Source of the DNA: Octopus vulgaris
Taxonomy: Eukaryota
NCBI GenBank assembly: GCA_951406725.2
Contig: OX597815.1
Span: forward strand, 178,498,001 to 178,562,000
DNA: 64,000 nucleotides
Reading direction: 5' to 3'
Shown here: positions 37,311-51,266 of the stretch, one piece after another
How positions within the stretch are numbered: the stretch's first letter is position 1
Layout: the number at the start of each line of letters is the position of its first letter
Notes under the pieces: model-generated
What the model saw: the letters and a program-made list of their open reading frames with translations, nothing else
Database searches by the model: none
Told to the model about the DNA's origin: nothing
Program-made: the position numbers and the translations under genes

Positions 37311-38762
37311 CAAAGTCCCCATAATTACTTATTATTCGCGTACCAAACTCATCAAAATCTCCATGGTTATCTAAGATGGTAATTTCCTTGAAATTGTGGA
37401 AGATTTCATGAAAGTCTTACATGGGAGAACGGATATGAGTAGCCAATGATGCTGGAGGTAGACATTTCAGATTAAAGTCACCATCTTGCAGAACAATTAG
37501 CAATTTGGTGCTACAATGAGTTTGTATTTATTTAAGAATGTTTAACGGACAGAGAATCGGATATGGCTGTTATTTATTCCTATTTACAGCGGATAGGTGA
37601 AGCCACTGAGAATTAAAGTGATTTCAAATTTTAATATTGCAACACTTCTAGCGACACATGAATCGCTACCCTGCAATTCAGGGTAGCAAATGGATTAGTG
37701 CCAGACGTCTCCGTATTACACCTCTCTAATTCTCAATAGTTCCATCAATCGCAGAGTAAATAAGAATACCTGAGTTATATCTATTTTCGAGTCCTTACAA
37801 GATTCCTGTCTCTGTTTATCTTTCTCATTCCCTCTGCTTTTTTCCCACGTTTGGCTATGGTTAAATCTTGAGAAAGATGGGTTCTGCAAGTTTAAAATAT
37901 GCCGAAGACAAGCCGTATATTACGATGGCCCCATGTGACTCTATCAAGAGTTGGAGGCCCAAAGCAAAGTAAGAAACTATTAGCTCTTCTATAAATGGTT
38001 TGACTTCTTAGAATCCCAGCCAACTGCTTCTATATGTACATATCTGTATGTATATATGTATATATGTATACATTTGTGGAAGTATTTAAAAGAGACGTAT
38101 ATGTGTACGAGTTTCACATTAGTTTCTCGAGATGTTGGAAGCGTCTAGATAGGTTCAAAGTTACTGAATACATATATAAGAATGGATCGCATGCATAAAT
38201 TTTCCTGATAAGTAAATCGCATCGGGGCTGCATGTAGTACGGCACAAAATAATCGTTGTCTGTGATAAAATTCCTAGTGATATGCAGCCGACATACAATA
38301 AATGAGAAGATTTAGTAGAGTTTCAAATCTGCCTATGAGGCTAGACTGGATTATATGGCTTCTATATCAAGAACAGACGACAAATAATTATTGGGTTAAT
38401 AATGAGTGAAATAGAGACTAGACTTCTGACGATTCCGAAATTTCGACCATCCACAAGACAGACCAATCACTGATCAACAGCAGAAGTCAAATGCTGAAAG
38501 TTACATCAATATTAATAAAAGCGAAATTCTGTCTGTTCGTCTGGGACCCCTGAATCTCAGTCTACATTTGCTCTAAATAGACATATTGTACCTTTATGGA
38601 ACCAGGATGGTCCTGAGATTGAAAAGCTGCCCTTCATTTGGTTCTTGAACCTCCAACATTGGGATATGATTTAAAAGCATTTTGGTAGCTATCTCCAGCA
38701 GATAAAGCGACTGTGAGAAGTTTTAATACTATAGTACAAGACTTGCCTTCTTTAGTCTTAAG

Positions 38763-38878
<116 letters not shown>

Positions 38879-39134
38879 TTTGAAGTGATGTACAGATATT
38901 GTATATTTTGAATAATAAGGTAATCAGAATGTTGGATGATTGTATATATATTTACATTTTTAGCGCTGTCTTCCGTTATCAGATTTATCAAAAAATGGTT
39001 CAAATTTAGATTTCTTGCCTCTTTATAAATATATATACATATATTTCATCTTTTATTTTCTACTTGTCTCAGTCAAACACAGACACAAAGACACACACAA
39101 ATATATACGTGTGTCTGTCTGTGCATGTATGTAT

Positions 39135-39198
<64 letters not shown>

Positions 39199-39200
<2 letters not shown>

Positions 39201-39330
39201 GACGGGCTTCTTTCAGTTTCCGTCCACTATATTTTCTGACAAGGCTTTAGTCGGCCGAAAGCTATGGTAGAAGATACTTGTCCAAGATGCCTCGAAGTGG
39301 GACTGAACCTGGGACCATGTAGTTTGGAAG
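39199..39330 (-). mobile_element. SINE family 2, partial 5' part
   Basis: ACGACGGGCTTCTTTCAGTTTCCGTC...GGGACTGAACCTGGGACCATGT. Confidence 0.8.
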
Positions 39331-39407
39331 CAAACATACATACATACATACATACATACATACATACATACATACATACATACATACATACATACATACA
39401 TACATAC

Positions 39408-39625
39408 GATAAACTGGAATTTTCAGAAAGAGAAAGTGACAGGCTGATTCGTACATTACAAGCGCAATCTGTGAGTGGAACAGTAAAAATATGCAAGACT
39501 TTTCTCAAGTTCCAAATGTGAATTTGTCTGTGTTAACTACATCCCAAAGATGGAGCCTTGTATCTTTATTGGAAATCGGCTCCTTCCACAATAGAAGATT
39601 TATGATAATTAAAAAATAGAAGAGA
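39408..39625 (+). mobile_element. 3' end of an RLE-type LINE next to (CATA)n
   Basis: [37 protein letters not shown] is homologous to 46277-46410(-); followed by a diverged ~110-bp 3' unit. Confidence 0.65.
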
Positions 39626-39787
39626 CATACGTACATATATCTGGAACTATAAAAATCTAAAAAATTTACCAAGCGTTTATCATTTAAATATATATGAACA
39701 TGTCTAGATATGCAACTATATGCATGAGAGTACATACATAAAACAAAGCGTAAAAATCGGCACATATACATGCATATATACTTATTC

Positions 39788-40320
39788 ATACATACATACA
39801 TACATACATACATACATACATACATACATACATACATACATACATACATACATACAAAAATACCGTGTTGTTGATGTTGAAATCCCAATGAAGGAGCCTT
39901 GAACCTAGGTTAGAAACCGGTTCTTTCTCTATTGGCAAGAAATCTTGAAATAAACTAAATAATGCCATACATACATACATACATACATACATACATACAT
40001 ACATACATACATACATACAAAAATACCGTGTTGTTGATGTTGATATCCCAATGAAGGAGCCTTGAACCTAGGTTAGAAACCGGTTCTTTCTCTATTGGCA
40101 AGAAATCTTGAAATAAACTAAATAGAGCCATACATACATACATACATACATACATGCATGCATACATACATACATACATACATACGTACGTACGTATGTA
40201 CATACGTACATACATACCCTATTGTTGATGTTGAAATGAAGGAGCCTTGGATCTAGTTTAGAAACCGATTCTTTCTCTATTGGAAATAAATCTTAAAATA
40301 AACCGAATAACGACATACAT
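39788..40320 (+). repeat. Array of three ~110-bp LINE-3'-end units separated by (CATA)n
   Basis: Units at 39856-39966, 40019-40130 and 40215-40314 (TGTTGATGTTGA..GAAGGAGCCTTG..CTAG..TAGAAACCG..TCTTTCTCTATTGG). Confidence 0.88.
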
Positions 40321-41868
40321 ACAAAAACATACATAATTACATACATGTATATGTGTGCGCGTGTGTGTGTATCTGTGGATACACTTATTTATGTCTATAT
40401 ATTGATATATATATTAATGTACGTATATATGTATGCATGTATGTATGTATCTGCGTGTGTCCCTCTGCGTGCATATATACAAACACACATCCGTAATGCA
40501 CCACTAACACACCCTATCATCACCTGTTTTATTACTTTACTTTTTTTATTTCGTGTACCTTACTGGAATCTTCACAGTTCTGCTGTAAAACCAATAAAAA
40601 TTTGATCGATAATCTTATTTAGCTGTATTCATGCTGTTTTAATGGCAACTCATTGAAATGTCTTATATATGGTGTTATGTGGAGGATATTCCTTCGATAG
40701 ATGTTCGCTGATATTTGGTTCGGTTATGTGTGATTATATCAAAGGAATAATATAAAATCATTTTGGAGACATTGGCTCTTTAATAGAAAGAAATGATGCA
40801 CTTACATCTTTCTATAGGAATCACGAAAACCTCCACTGATATAGAAAATATTTGAAAATTCTTGTTTTCATTGTGACACCTTACGTAAGTGGTAAGTGCA
40901 AACTTTAAATAAGCAAATGAGAGACTATTAATAAATTATTTTCAAGAAGCTAAATTGTTCAATATTAAAATGCTTTTAAATCATTAAAATACAATCTGTT
41001 TTGAGTTAATATGTCGTTTGATTGAGTTGAACATTAACGCTACCAATATGCTTAACCGTATTTAGCAGCATTTCCTTGGATTATTACAGTTCTGAACTAT
41101 TAATTGGATGGGAACATATTATGCAGAATAAACCTAAGGGTTGATTTGGGTTGTCTCCATTGCTGATGAATCTCCTAAAGTGATTGATATTCTGAAATTT
41201 CGAACTCTAACGGAGAAATTCTGTACACCCAGGTATGTTCCTTCTCCTCGTCTATGCTAGGAAAATAATACATTTATGACGACTCAAAAGTGATATACAA
41301 TACGATGATTACTGTGACCGAAAACTACAAACAGAGACGTAAAGATGAGGGCTCTTAAGTCGTTCTCTGATTTCAGAACGTTGAAGAGAGTAAGTTAAGA
41401 CTCAAACTTGATTTGTGCTTTGGGGCATCACCATTCATGTGTCAGAAAATAAAAACAAAAAAAAAACGAAAAACAAAACAAAGAGTGCTTTGGTATATTG
41501 TTTTCAAATGCATGCAGCAACCAGTCTGGTTGGGGAACGCTGTGAGCTGGTTTGATGATTTTTACACCAATTTGTCTACAGTGAGAAGTGTTCTCCATGA
41601 CAAAATACACTGAATAGCTTTCTTGTGGGTTCAAATATGCCTCAGGCATATTTGAACTGGTAGAACGTTTGTTTTTTTTACATGTCACACCTTAGCGCTT
41701 TTATTTACGACGACCGGTGACTTGCGAAACCAGTCATTGAACGATGACAGGAATATAATAAGAACGCCTTGTCTCTCTTGTCAGTTGGCAGCGTCTGCCT
41801 TTCCAGTTTCTGGTGTTGAAGAGGAGATAACCACTCCGAAATCCATGCATCCAGCAGTCCGGTTATGG

Positions 41869-41965
41869 AGAGCTACGAACTGACTCGGTGTATTAACCCC
41901 TTATTGACTACAGCAAGAGCTACGAACTGACTCGGTGTATTAACCCCTTATTGACTACAGCAAGA
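41869..41965 (+). repeat. 47-bp perfect tandem duplication
   Basis: AGAGCTACGAACTGACTCGG...CTACAGCA at 41869 and 41916. Confidence 0.95.
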
Positions 41966-42269
41966 AATTTTCTCCATGACAAAATACAGAGAATGCCTTT
42001 TATACGGCCTCGAATATGACTCAAACATATTTGAACTGCTAACAAGTTTGTGTTGTTTTCGTAGATTTCAAACTCACAAAAATATTTCACTCTGTATATC
42101 ACTTCGGGCTTCTTCGATGCAATATCTTTTTCGATAGTCTTATGTACGCATGTGTATATCTCGATATCCATACACGCGTATGTGTACACATTCAGTATTA
42201 CAGGCATTCGCACATATATAATATACATATATAAGTGTGTGCGCATGAATATATCTGTGTATGTGTGTG

Positions 42270-42329
<60 letters not shown>

Positions 42330-42502
42330 AGTGTGTGTGTGCGTGTGTGTGTGTGTGTATGTATATAAATCTATGTATGGCTATAAATATATACTATTAT
42401 ATACACACAGACATATACATTTGTGTATATATGTACTTATATTATACATACACTGATAAACGCGCACACATCACATATATCCAAGTGCACAAATAAAACC
42501 AC

Positions 42503-42561
<59 letters not shown>

Positions 42562-43109
42562 TGCAGAAGAGGCTAATTCTTCAGATAGATATTTGATTAT
42601 TGCGCTACATTATTCCAGAAATCGATAACATTACACGAAATGTTAGCGTAAGAAGCAGGAAGAAAATATTTCAACTTGCCATGTCCTTACAAACCAATAT
42701 AAAACTCATGTATCGCTCTTATCAATATTCGGAATCACACTGACGCATGACAACTGCATTTCTAACTCCTTTACCTGAAGTATACACTCGCAGAACCATT
42801 CCGCCCTTCCTTGTATACTAATAGGTCATGGGAAGTCACACTTATGCATATGTGTGTATGTATATATATACGTAACTATTTGCACTCCATTATATACATA
42901 TATATATATATGTATGTATGCATGCATGCACCTATGAGTGTATGTGTTCATGTGTGTATGTGCGCATGTAGGTAAACGTGTCTTGGGTATGTGCTGTTTA
43001 TGTACCAGTACATTTTCTTCTTGCTGACAAAATGATATTAACTAACTATTAAGTACCTATTTAAATTTCCCTCTGAACTATTTCATTAGCAAAAAAATCT
43101 TATCTTCAG

Positions 43110-43158
43110 TAATACATACATATATATGCAAATAATATATATATATATATATATATAA

Positions 43159-43191
<33 letters not shown>

Positions 43192-43194
43192 AAC

Positions 43195-43281
<87 letters not shown>

Positions 43282-43444
43282 GTATATATATATATATATA
43301 TATGTATATAAACATATATATATACATATATGTATGTATTAGTGAATGTGTGTGTATATCTATGCATGTATGTACGAGTTTGTGCGTGCACGTGTGTAAA
43401 ATGTATGTATGAATCTAAGCATTTTTATGTATGTGTACAAATAA

Positions 43445-43502
<58 letters not shown>

Positions 43503-43560
43503 ATGTATGTATGAATGTATGTATGTATGTATGTATGTATGTATGTATGTATGTATGAAT
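43110..43560. repeat. (TA)n/(TG)n/(TATG)n tract
   Basis: Seen directly. Confidence 0.95.
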
Positions 43561-44694
43561 CTAAGCATGTTTTTTTGTGTATGCGTGCATATATATATAC
43601 AATTATATATGCCAATATATATATATCACTGCTCATATATACGTGCATACATGCATACATGCATACATACATGCACACATGCACACATATAGATACAAAT
43701 GTGTATATACATTTGTAAATGTGTGTGTGTATCTGCAAATACAGTATGTATATAACGAGGAAAAGAGATTTATATCCTATTTTGTAGAATTAACCATCCA
43801 TATCTTTCTGAAGACAGTGCTTTATAGGGACACGCTCGTTCAAACAGCACCATTATTCGTACACAAACACAAATACCAACACACCAAGGCCAAATACTTA
43901 AAAAGATATTCGCTTCTTTTCTCTGTCTATTATCTTTGTAATTGTTTATTTCTTTCCTATATTACCTTTTTATTTCCATTGGAAAATTGTGTGAATCGTT
44001 CGTGTATTTAGAAAATTCTATGATTTATCGGGGAAGTAATACATCCATGAAAAGAATATTTGTTTTGTTTTACTTACTGTTGTTGCTGTTCTTTTTTGCT
44101 TTGGTTTTTTGTTTTTTTGCGGTTGTTGCTTTGCCATTTTTTCTGCTAAATTTTGTGACATTTTTTTTTCTCGTTTATTGTCTCCACAACTTTGCTAACG
44201 ATTTAACAGTTGTGAGAGAAAGTTAGTGGCGAGTGCTCTAGTGAGACGAAACTGCAATCGACTTGGTAAAAGTTCACTTCTCTGCGTTTAATGATCCTGA
44301 GAAAAGTATGAGCGTCACAACATTACATACTCTTTTTGTTATTAAACAATAAAGCTTTAATGATTTGTCGAATATAAAATCTAAAAATTAAAAGAAAACT
44401 CTATAAGAGATTTTTGTTTCATTCTTAATATATGTATATATAATTCGTTGCTAAAGGATCGAGCTGAGCTTGTGAACTGTTGGCACCTGCCTAAAGTTTC
44501 ATTTCTTTTAGACTAGGAATATAAACCATGGAACATTCTCGCTGCCATCTACTCTATATGAGAGAAAATAAGAACTGAAAGCTTGTTATAAGCTCACATC
44601 AAAAGTAAATCGAATTTGAATGAATGTCAGACACTTATGATTCTTTACAATAAACACACATACATGCACACACACACACACACACACACACATA

Positions 44695-44770
44695 GGTGTT
44701 TAAACTAATACACCTGCTTGTTGCTTATACACCTGCCTTCGTCTTTTGTTTTTCGGTAAATTTCAACTAT
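44695..44770 (+). mobile_element. Family B terminal fragment next to (TA)n
   Basis: Reverse complement of 53640-53710. Confidence 0.65.
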
Positions 44771-44775
44771 ATATG

Positions 44776-44835
<60 letters not shown>

Positions 44836-44842
<7 letters not shown>

Positions 44843-44980
44843 CATAATTATAACAAGGACTTGGCTTGTGCCTCACCACGCACTAGAAAAATAGACGTCT
44901 GGTAATAGTGTCCTTTGGCGTCTATTTTTTAGTGTGTGGTGAAGCGCAAAACCAAGCCCTTGTTATTATTATGTATATAA
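44836..44980. mobile_element. Small palindromic MITE-like element next to (TA)n
   Basis: ~62-bp inverted arms (44836-44897 / 44919-44980) with a ~20-nt spacer. Confidence 0.75.
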
Positions 44981-45071
44981 TTATAATATATTTATAAAAT
45001 TTATCTATGAGGTTTTATTTCCGCGCTGACCACTTGCTAAAATCATTTATGATTTTTACCCTTATTATTAT

Positions 45072-45198
<127 letters not shown>

Positions 45199-45294
45199 GC
45201 AGGTATGTATGTTTGCATGTATGTATGTTTGCATGTATGTATGTATATAGGTAGATATAGCATATTTATCCATATACATACCGATATATATGTG

Positions 45295-45325
<31 letters not shown>

Positions 45326-46087
45326 ATGTGTGTATGTATGTATGTATGTATATATATACGTATCATGTAACCTGATACGTGTTGCATGGTTGGTCGGTGG
45401 GCGGCGAAACCGACAAAATATCACCAATTAGGTTCGGTGAGAAAGGTTGTTTAGGAAACAAACTGAGGAATAAAGAGACAATTACATGACATGTGTATGT
45501 AAATATTAATGTGTGTGTTTTTGCGTGTGTGTATGTGAGTGCGCGCGTGTGTGTATACATATATATATTATATATATATAAATATGCTTAATTATGTATA
45601 TATGTCATGTATGCATATATGTTGTGTGAGGTCACTGTTAGTGCTATTGGTAACCTGTCCCTTAGTACTGCTAGTCAAATGGTCGGGCCATCGGTGACTA
45701 AACGGGCCACCCTATCAATGCTTGTTAAATAGGGTAGTCTTCGTTGGAACCCTTTCAGGATGAAAAACAAAACCGGGCAAAAGACGGAGAAACACAGCAG
45801 AGTCAACGTTCATCGAACAGATGAGAGTGAGAGACCCTTATCTTTTTTCTCTAGACATGTTTTTAGAAAAAAGAAATTCCGAAGTTCCCAACACTCGCCT
45901 CGAAACCAGAAGCTTTACTCTTGATTACTTCTGAATTCTACTCCTTAGATGAGCAGCTTAACGATGCTGTGCAAACTGTTGTTGTCTTTTAATACTAACA
46001 TTACCGACAGGCATTATCTTTAATATCTGGAATCAGATGATTTGACAGTAGTGGCCATATTCGCCTACGAGTTGGCAGCCGCCATGC

Positions 46088-46523
46088 ATGTCGTTATTTC
46101 TTGCCAACAGAGTAAGAGCTGGCTTCTAACCTAGATCCAAGGCCCCTTCATAGGAATTTCAGCAACATCGAACAGTGTGCTTTTGCATGTATATGTGCAT
46201 ATGTGCAGCATATGGAATGCGTGCATGTGCAGATATCTATATTTTGTTTGACGTATGTCTACAACTGCATATGTATATTTAAATGTTAAACTTCCAGAAC
46301 GTTTTATACATTTTTACAATTCCAGTGCAGTAATGGATTGGATCTGTAGTCAGGCTTCGAATCAGCTTTCTCCTTTTGAAAAGCCTAATTTCTCAAGATT
46401 GGTGCTTAGTTAATCTGATACATATTCCAATGCCCCGATAATTACAGGTACTAAACTGAACTTGTAATCCGGGTAGAGTAACTGTAAATTTCTCAATAAC
46501 TCACTGATCTTTAGCTTTCTGTT
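46088..46523 (-). mobile_element. 3' end of an RLE (R4-like) LINE next to (CATA)n
   Basis: ELLRNLQLLYPDYKFSLVPVIIGALEYV..LSTNLEKLGFSKGES..GIVKMYKTFWKFNI*, then the ~110-bp unit at 46088-46185. 5' break joins (CATA)n. Confidence 0.75.
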
Positions 46524-46950
46524 ATGTATGTATGTATGTATGTATGTATGTATGTATGTATGTATGTATATTTGTATGTATGCATATGCGTGTATGTATA
46601 TTTGTATGTTTGCGTAGATATGAGTAGATGTAAGTATGTATGTATGTATGTATGTATGTATGCATATGTGTGTATGTATATTTGTATGTTTGCGTAGATA
46701 TGAGTAGATGTAAGTATGTGTGTATGTATGTATGTATGTATGTATGTATGTATGTATGTATGTATGTATGTATGCATATGTGTGTATGTATATTTGTATG
46801 TTTGCGTAGATATGAGTAGATGTAAGTATGTGTGTATGTATGTATGTATGTATGTGTGTATGTATGTATGTATGTATGTATGTATGTATGTATGTATGTA
46901 TGTATGTATGTATGTATGCATGTATGTATGTATGTTTGTATGCATGCATG
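46524..46950. repeat. (TATG)n with three interspersed copies of a ~55-bp unit
   Basis: ATATTTGTATGTTTGCGTAGATATGAGTAGATGTAAG x3. Confidence 0.9.
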
Positions 46951-47330
46951 TATCTACCGGCATGTACTGACGTTCCTGTTGGTTAACTCCGAGACTTGTG
47001 AGGCTTGACGGAAAGAACTTGACGTCAGAAACCCTGTCAGCAAGTTAAACGCGTTTAAACTCCTGACGTCTTTTAACAATCATTTATTTTTAACTTTCTG
47101 AGAATTACGGTTAAAGACTAAATCGTTATGTATGAAGAAATGATTCCATTTGCGTTGCAATGATTAAAAGAGTCTCCACATAAATGTGTGTTGAATGCTC
47201 TCGTGCCTTTGTACAAAAAAAAAGAAAAGAAACAAAATAATGTCTATATGCGCTGAGTTTATTGATCAAATTGACAGTGGCGATTTAATCAACGAAATTT
47301 TGTTCCTCGATGAAGCGATCTTCCACACAT

Positions 47331-47500
47331 GCGCAGGAGTGGCTGTGTGGTAAGTAGCTTGCTTACCAACCACATGGTTCCGGGTTCAGACCCACTGCGT
47401 GCCATCTTGGGCAAGTGTCTTCTGCTATAGCCCCGGGCCGACCAATGCCTTGTGAGTGGATTTGGTAGACGGAAACTGAAAGAAGCCTGTCGTATATATG

Positions 47501-47552
<52 letters not shown>

Positions 47553-47760
47553 TGTGTATGTCTGTGTTTGTCCCCCTAGCATTGCTTGACAACCGATGCT
47601 GGTGTGTTTACGTCCCTGTCACTTAGCGGTTCGGCAAAAGAGACCGATAGAATAAGTACTGGGCTTACAAAGAATAAGTCCCGGGGTCGATTTGCTCGAC
47701 TAAAGGCGGTGCTCCAGCATGGCCGCAGTCAAATGACTGAAACAAGTAAAAGAATAAAAA
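47331..47760 (+). mobile_element. SINE family 2, full length
   Basis: GCGCAGGAGTGGCTGTGTGG A box, GGTTCAGACCC B box, tail GGCGGTGCTCCAGCATGGCCGCAG...GAAACAAGTAAAAGA. Confidence 0.9.
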
Positions 47761-47903
47761 AAAAAGAACATGTGGAAAGGTTAATCAGGATTTGAGGAAG
47801 CGAGAAGCCACCTGGATTTCTTGAATGGGAACAAGATTCACCGAAAGTGAATGTTTGGTTTGGTATGAGTAAGTCAACGGTGTATGAAACGGTGTATGAA
47901 AAA

Positions 47904-48133
47904 GGCGGTGAGCTGGCAGAAACGTTAGCACGCCGGGCGAAATGCTTAGCGGTATTTCGTCTGTGTTACGTTGTGAGTTCGAATTCCGCCGAGGTCGACT
48001 TTGCCTTTCATCCTTTCGGGGTCGATAAATTAAGTACCAGTTACGCACTGGGGTCGATGTAATCGACTTAATACCTATGTCTGTCCTTGTTTGTCCCCTC
48101 TGTGTTTAGCCCCTTGTGGGTAATAAAGAAATA
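47904..48133 (+). mobile_element. SINE family 1, monomer with TSD
   Basis: TSD GGTGTATGAAA at 47891-47901 (also 47879) and 48134-48144. Confidence 0.9.
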
Positions 48134-48696
48134 GGTGTATGAAACTTTTTTTCTTCGCAGAGATTACAGTCACGGGGATTGTGTATCTTGAGATTCTTGA
48201 ACAATTCTTTAAACCTCAGCTTCTTACAGATAATATTCTTGAAACAGAAGATTTTTAACTCGAAGAAGCAGCGTGCCATTATACAAAGATTGTACGTAAT
48301 TATCTTGACAGATGTAGGGAAGCACAACTCTGGGCAACACTCTCACCCAATTTAACATCAGATTTGTTTCGTTTGGGGCTTCTTTAAGTCTATGGCACAC
48401 ACAAATAGAAGAAAGAGGGATGTTGCAGAGCCTCGCAGTTTTATTACTAATGCAGTTTACAACATAACACCTCAAATGGTGGAAAGCTTGTTCCAAGAAG
48501 CAATTTATCACTTTGAGGTCTGTAGAAACACCGATGGTCGCCGCCACGCGGAGCACTAATTATTAGCAGTATAAACTTGGAAGTAAATATATCATTCAAA
48601 TTTAAAACAGTTTATCGTAATTCCAATTTTTACTTAAAGTGGATAGTGACTTTTGAGACACCTACATGTATGTATGCATGTATGTACGTTTGATAT

Positions 48697-48950
48697 GTTT
48701 TATTTCAAGATTTCATGCCATTAGAGAAAGAACCGGTTTCTAACCTAGATCCAAGGCTCCTTCTTTGGAATTTCAACATCACCAACAAAATATTTTTGTT
48801 TGTTTGTGTGTATGTATGCATGCCATTGATCAGTTTTATTTCAAGATTTCTTGCCAATAGAGAAAGAAACGGTTTCTAACCTAGATCCAAGGTTATTGGA
48901 TCTAGGTTAGATCCAATTGGAATTTCAACATCAACAACAGGGTATTTTTG
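48697..48950 (-). repeat. Two more ~110-bp (CATA)n-associated LINE-3' units
   Basis: 48697-48798 and 48820-48950 are reverse complements of 39856-39966; embedded in TATG repeats. Confidence 0.85.
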
Positions 48951-49249
48951 TTTGCATGTATGTATGTATGTGCACATTTGTATGTTTCATGTATGTGTTC
49001 TCATTTGTTTGTATGTATGTGTGTATGTATGTATGTATGTATGTATGTATGTATGTATGAATGTATGTATGTATACATGTATGTATGTATGTGTGTATAA
49101 ATTGATGAAGAATTAAAGACCTCCTGTCTTTATTTTCCGTCCATTTCTGTACTCAGTATACGTACTTTCGTTCGTCTGTGCACTCATTAGATGTTTTTTG
49201 TGCTTTTCGTTTTTGCATTTACTACACATTTTTCCACTTACATGTGTGG

Positions 49250-49299
<50 letters not shown>

Positions 49300-49337
49300 T
49301 ATGTATGTATGTATGTATGTATATATATATATATATA

Positions 49338-49515
49338 TAGTGAGAATTTACAAGTAAAAGACGAAGACGAGTGTGTAAACAACAAACAGATGTATTAGTT
49401 TAACGATCGGGAAGTGAGAATGTATTTTACGTTTCGAGCCTACGCTCTTTGACAGAAAGGAACACAGAAATAAACAGGGAGAGTAAAATAAAAAAGGTTT
49501 AATGCCTAGCGATCT
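49338..49515 (-). mobile_element. Hammerhead-like family B element against (TA)n
   Basis: Minus strand CTTTCTGTCAAAGAGCGTAGGCTCGAAACGTAAAA at 49425-49459; homologous to 53640-53797. Confidence 0.7.
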
Positions 49516-49727
49516 ATATACATAAGTGATATTCGTAGCGATTTTAACATGGCTGTCCGTTCGAGCGGACTCTGCAGCAATTTTTTTAACCCCAAGAGGA
49601 CAACTCCTCTAGCTGGTTAACGATGCACAGATGCATTCGATAAAATTGCGAACAGGGAAGCGAACTCCTACCGTCTGGCGATGGGACCAATAGGCCAGTC
49701 CTGGTTTCGCGCTATGAGAGCTGTCCA

Positions 49728-49764
<37 letters not shown>

Positions 49765-49767
<3 letters not shown>

Positions 49768-49850
49768 TGGTTAAAATGCGAGCTACTAACCCCAAGATTC
49801 CGAGTTCGATTCCAGGCAGTGACCTGAATAACAACAACAACAACAACAAC

Positions 49851-49915
<65 letters not shown>

Positions 49916-50064
49916 CTTCGAAAAATACCTTAGGAATGAGAACCCAGGATCCAAATTTCCCCAAGACAGCTGATGAAGGCTGGAGGTTATATCACACGAA
50001 ACCTTGTGTTAACAACAAACAAGATGAGGGCAAATATCCGTCAAATGTAAATCATGTAAATAAT
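49765..50064 (+). mobile_element. Family A copy (tRNA head, (AAC/AAT)n, degenerate hammerhead tail) between (TA)n-rich tracts
   Basis: Same order of modules as 10687-10953; CTGATGAAGGCTGG at 49970, GAAA at 49998. Confidence 0.8.
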
Positions 50065-50211
50065 ATGTATATGTATATATATATGTGTGTGTGTGTGTAT
50101 ACATACATACATACATGCATACATATATATATATATATATGTGTATACATACATACATACATACATGCATACATATATATATGTGTGTATACATACATAC
50201 ATACATACATG

Positions 50212-50269
<58 letters not shown>

Positions 50270-50383
50270 CTGCTCGCTTAGCCAGCGGGGTTTGCGTCAT
50301 TTGAAGGCTAAAACAATGCGAAGCGCATTGTGACCAGCGATGTGTAGCAACATCTGATAACCTGGTCGGTCACGGTAATCACA

Positions 50384-50436
<53 letters not shown>

Positions 50437-50849
50437 GTGTGTATATGTATGTATATACTATCTAATTATGTGTGTGAGTGCGTGTGTACGTGTGCGTGTG
50501 CGTCTGTGTGTGTGTGTGTGTGTGTGCCTAATCACTGGCATATCTTGTCTGTTTCGATTGACTGAAACTGTTCCTGCTTTATTTTCAGTATTCGTCGCTG
50601 TGGCATAAGAAGACAAATGAATCTATTTTATGAATGTCAAGTAGGGACATAACATAATCTCAACAATGGATGTAGGTTTTCTATGGCAATTCCAAGTCTT
50701 TGTTAGCGATACACAAGCAACGCTCAGTGAACAGAACAGAAAATGCAAGAGACAAATGCTTAGGATTCTTCCAGTCCTAATACAACTAAGCTAGTTGTTC
50801 ATAAAAGCTTGGATAAACTTGACATTATATATATATATATTATATATAT

Positions 50850-50930
50850 AGTGTTCAATACTTGAGACATGAGGAATTCTGGACATTATTTACATTGGCA
50901 GGATATGTGTCCTCATCTTGTTTGTTGTTC
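50850..50930 (-). mobile_element. Family A 3'-terminal fragment against (TA)n
   Basis: ATGAGGAATT..ACATTATTTACATT..GTCCTCATCTTGTTTGTTGTT matches 10700-10771. Confidence 0.7.
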
Positions 50931-51039
50931 ATTAAATGAATATTTAATGTGGTTTTAGAGTTTTGGCTGTTATTTCCAGCGTGGAGGTATCTCTTAGATA
51001 CCCTAAATTATGATTTTAATAATAATCATATATATATAA

Positions 51040-51266
51040 GCAATAATAAATCTCTGAGCGAGATGTAAACAGTAACTGCACGACAATGTGAGGTATACTA
51101 GCCATGTTAATATGGCTAACCACTAAGGGTAGGTGTTACTGTAGCTTGTAGCCCCAGAAGAACATCGTCTCCAGCTCGCTTCAGCTAGAGACGATGTTCT
51201 CCTGGGGCTACAAGCTACAGTAATACCCACCCTTAGTGGTTAGCCATATTGAGTTAGCTAGTATAC

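Larger units (their letters stand above)
47240..48664 (+). pseudogene. Decayed IS630/Tc1/mariner (rosa-like) transposase with right TIR, split by two SINEs
   Basis: INEILFLDEAIFH | SINE | RI*GSEKP..EQDSPKVNVWFGMSKSTVY | SINE | FFAEITVTGIVYLEILE..AACHY..VRNYLD..WATLSPNLT..FVWGFFKS..ITPQMV..GRRHAEH* (48559). TIR AGTGACTTTTGAGACACC at 48645-48662. Confidence 0.8.

Noticed and set aside
39788-40320. CRISPR-like repeat/spacer alternation
   Set aside because: Units are ~110 bp, the spacers are (CATA)n, the context is eukaryotic and there are no cas genes.
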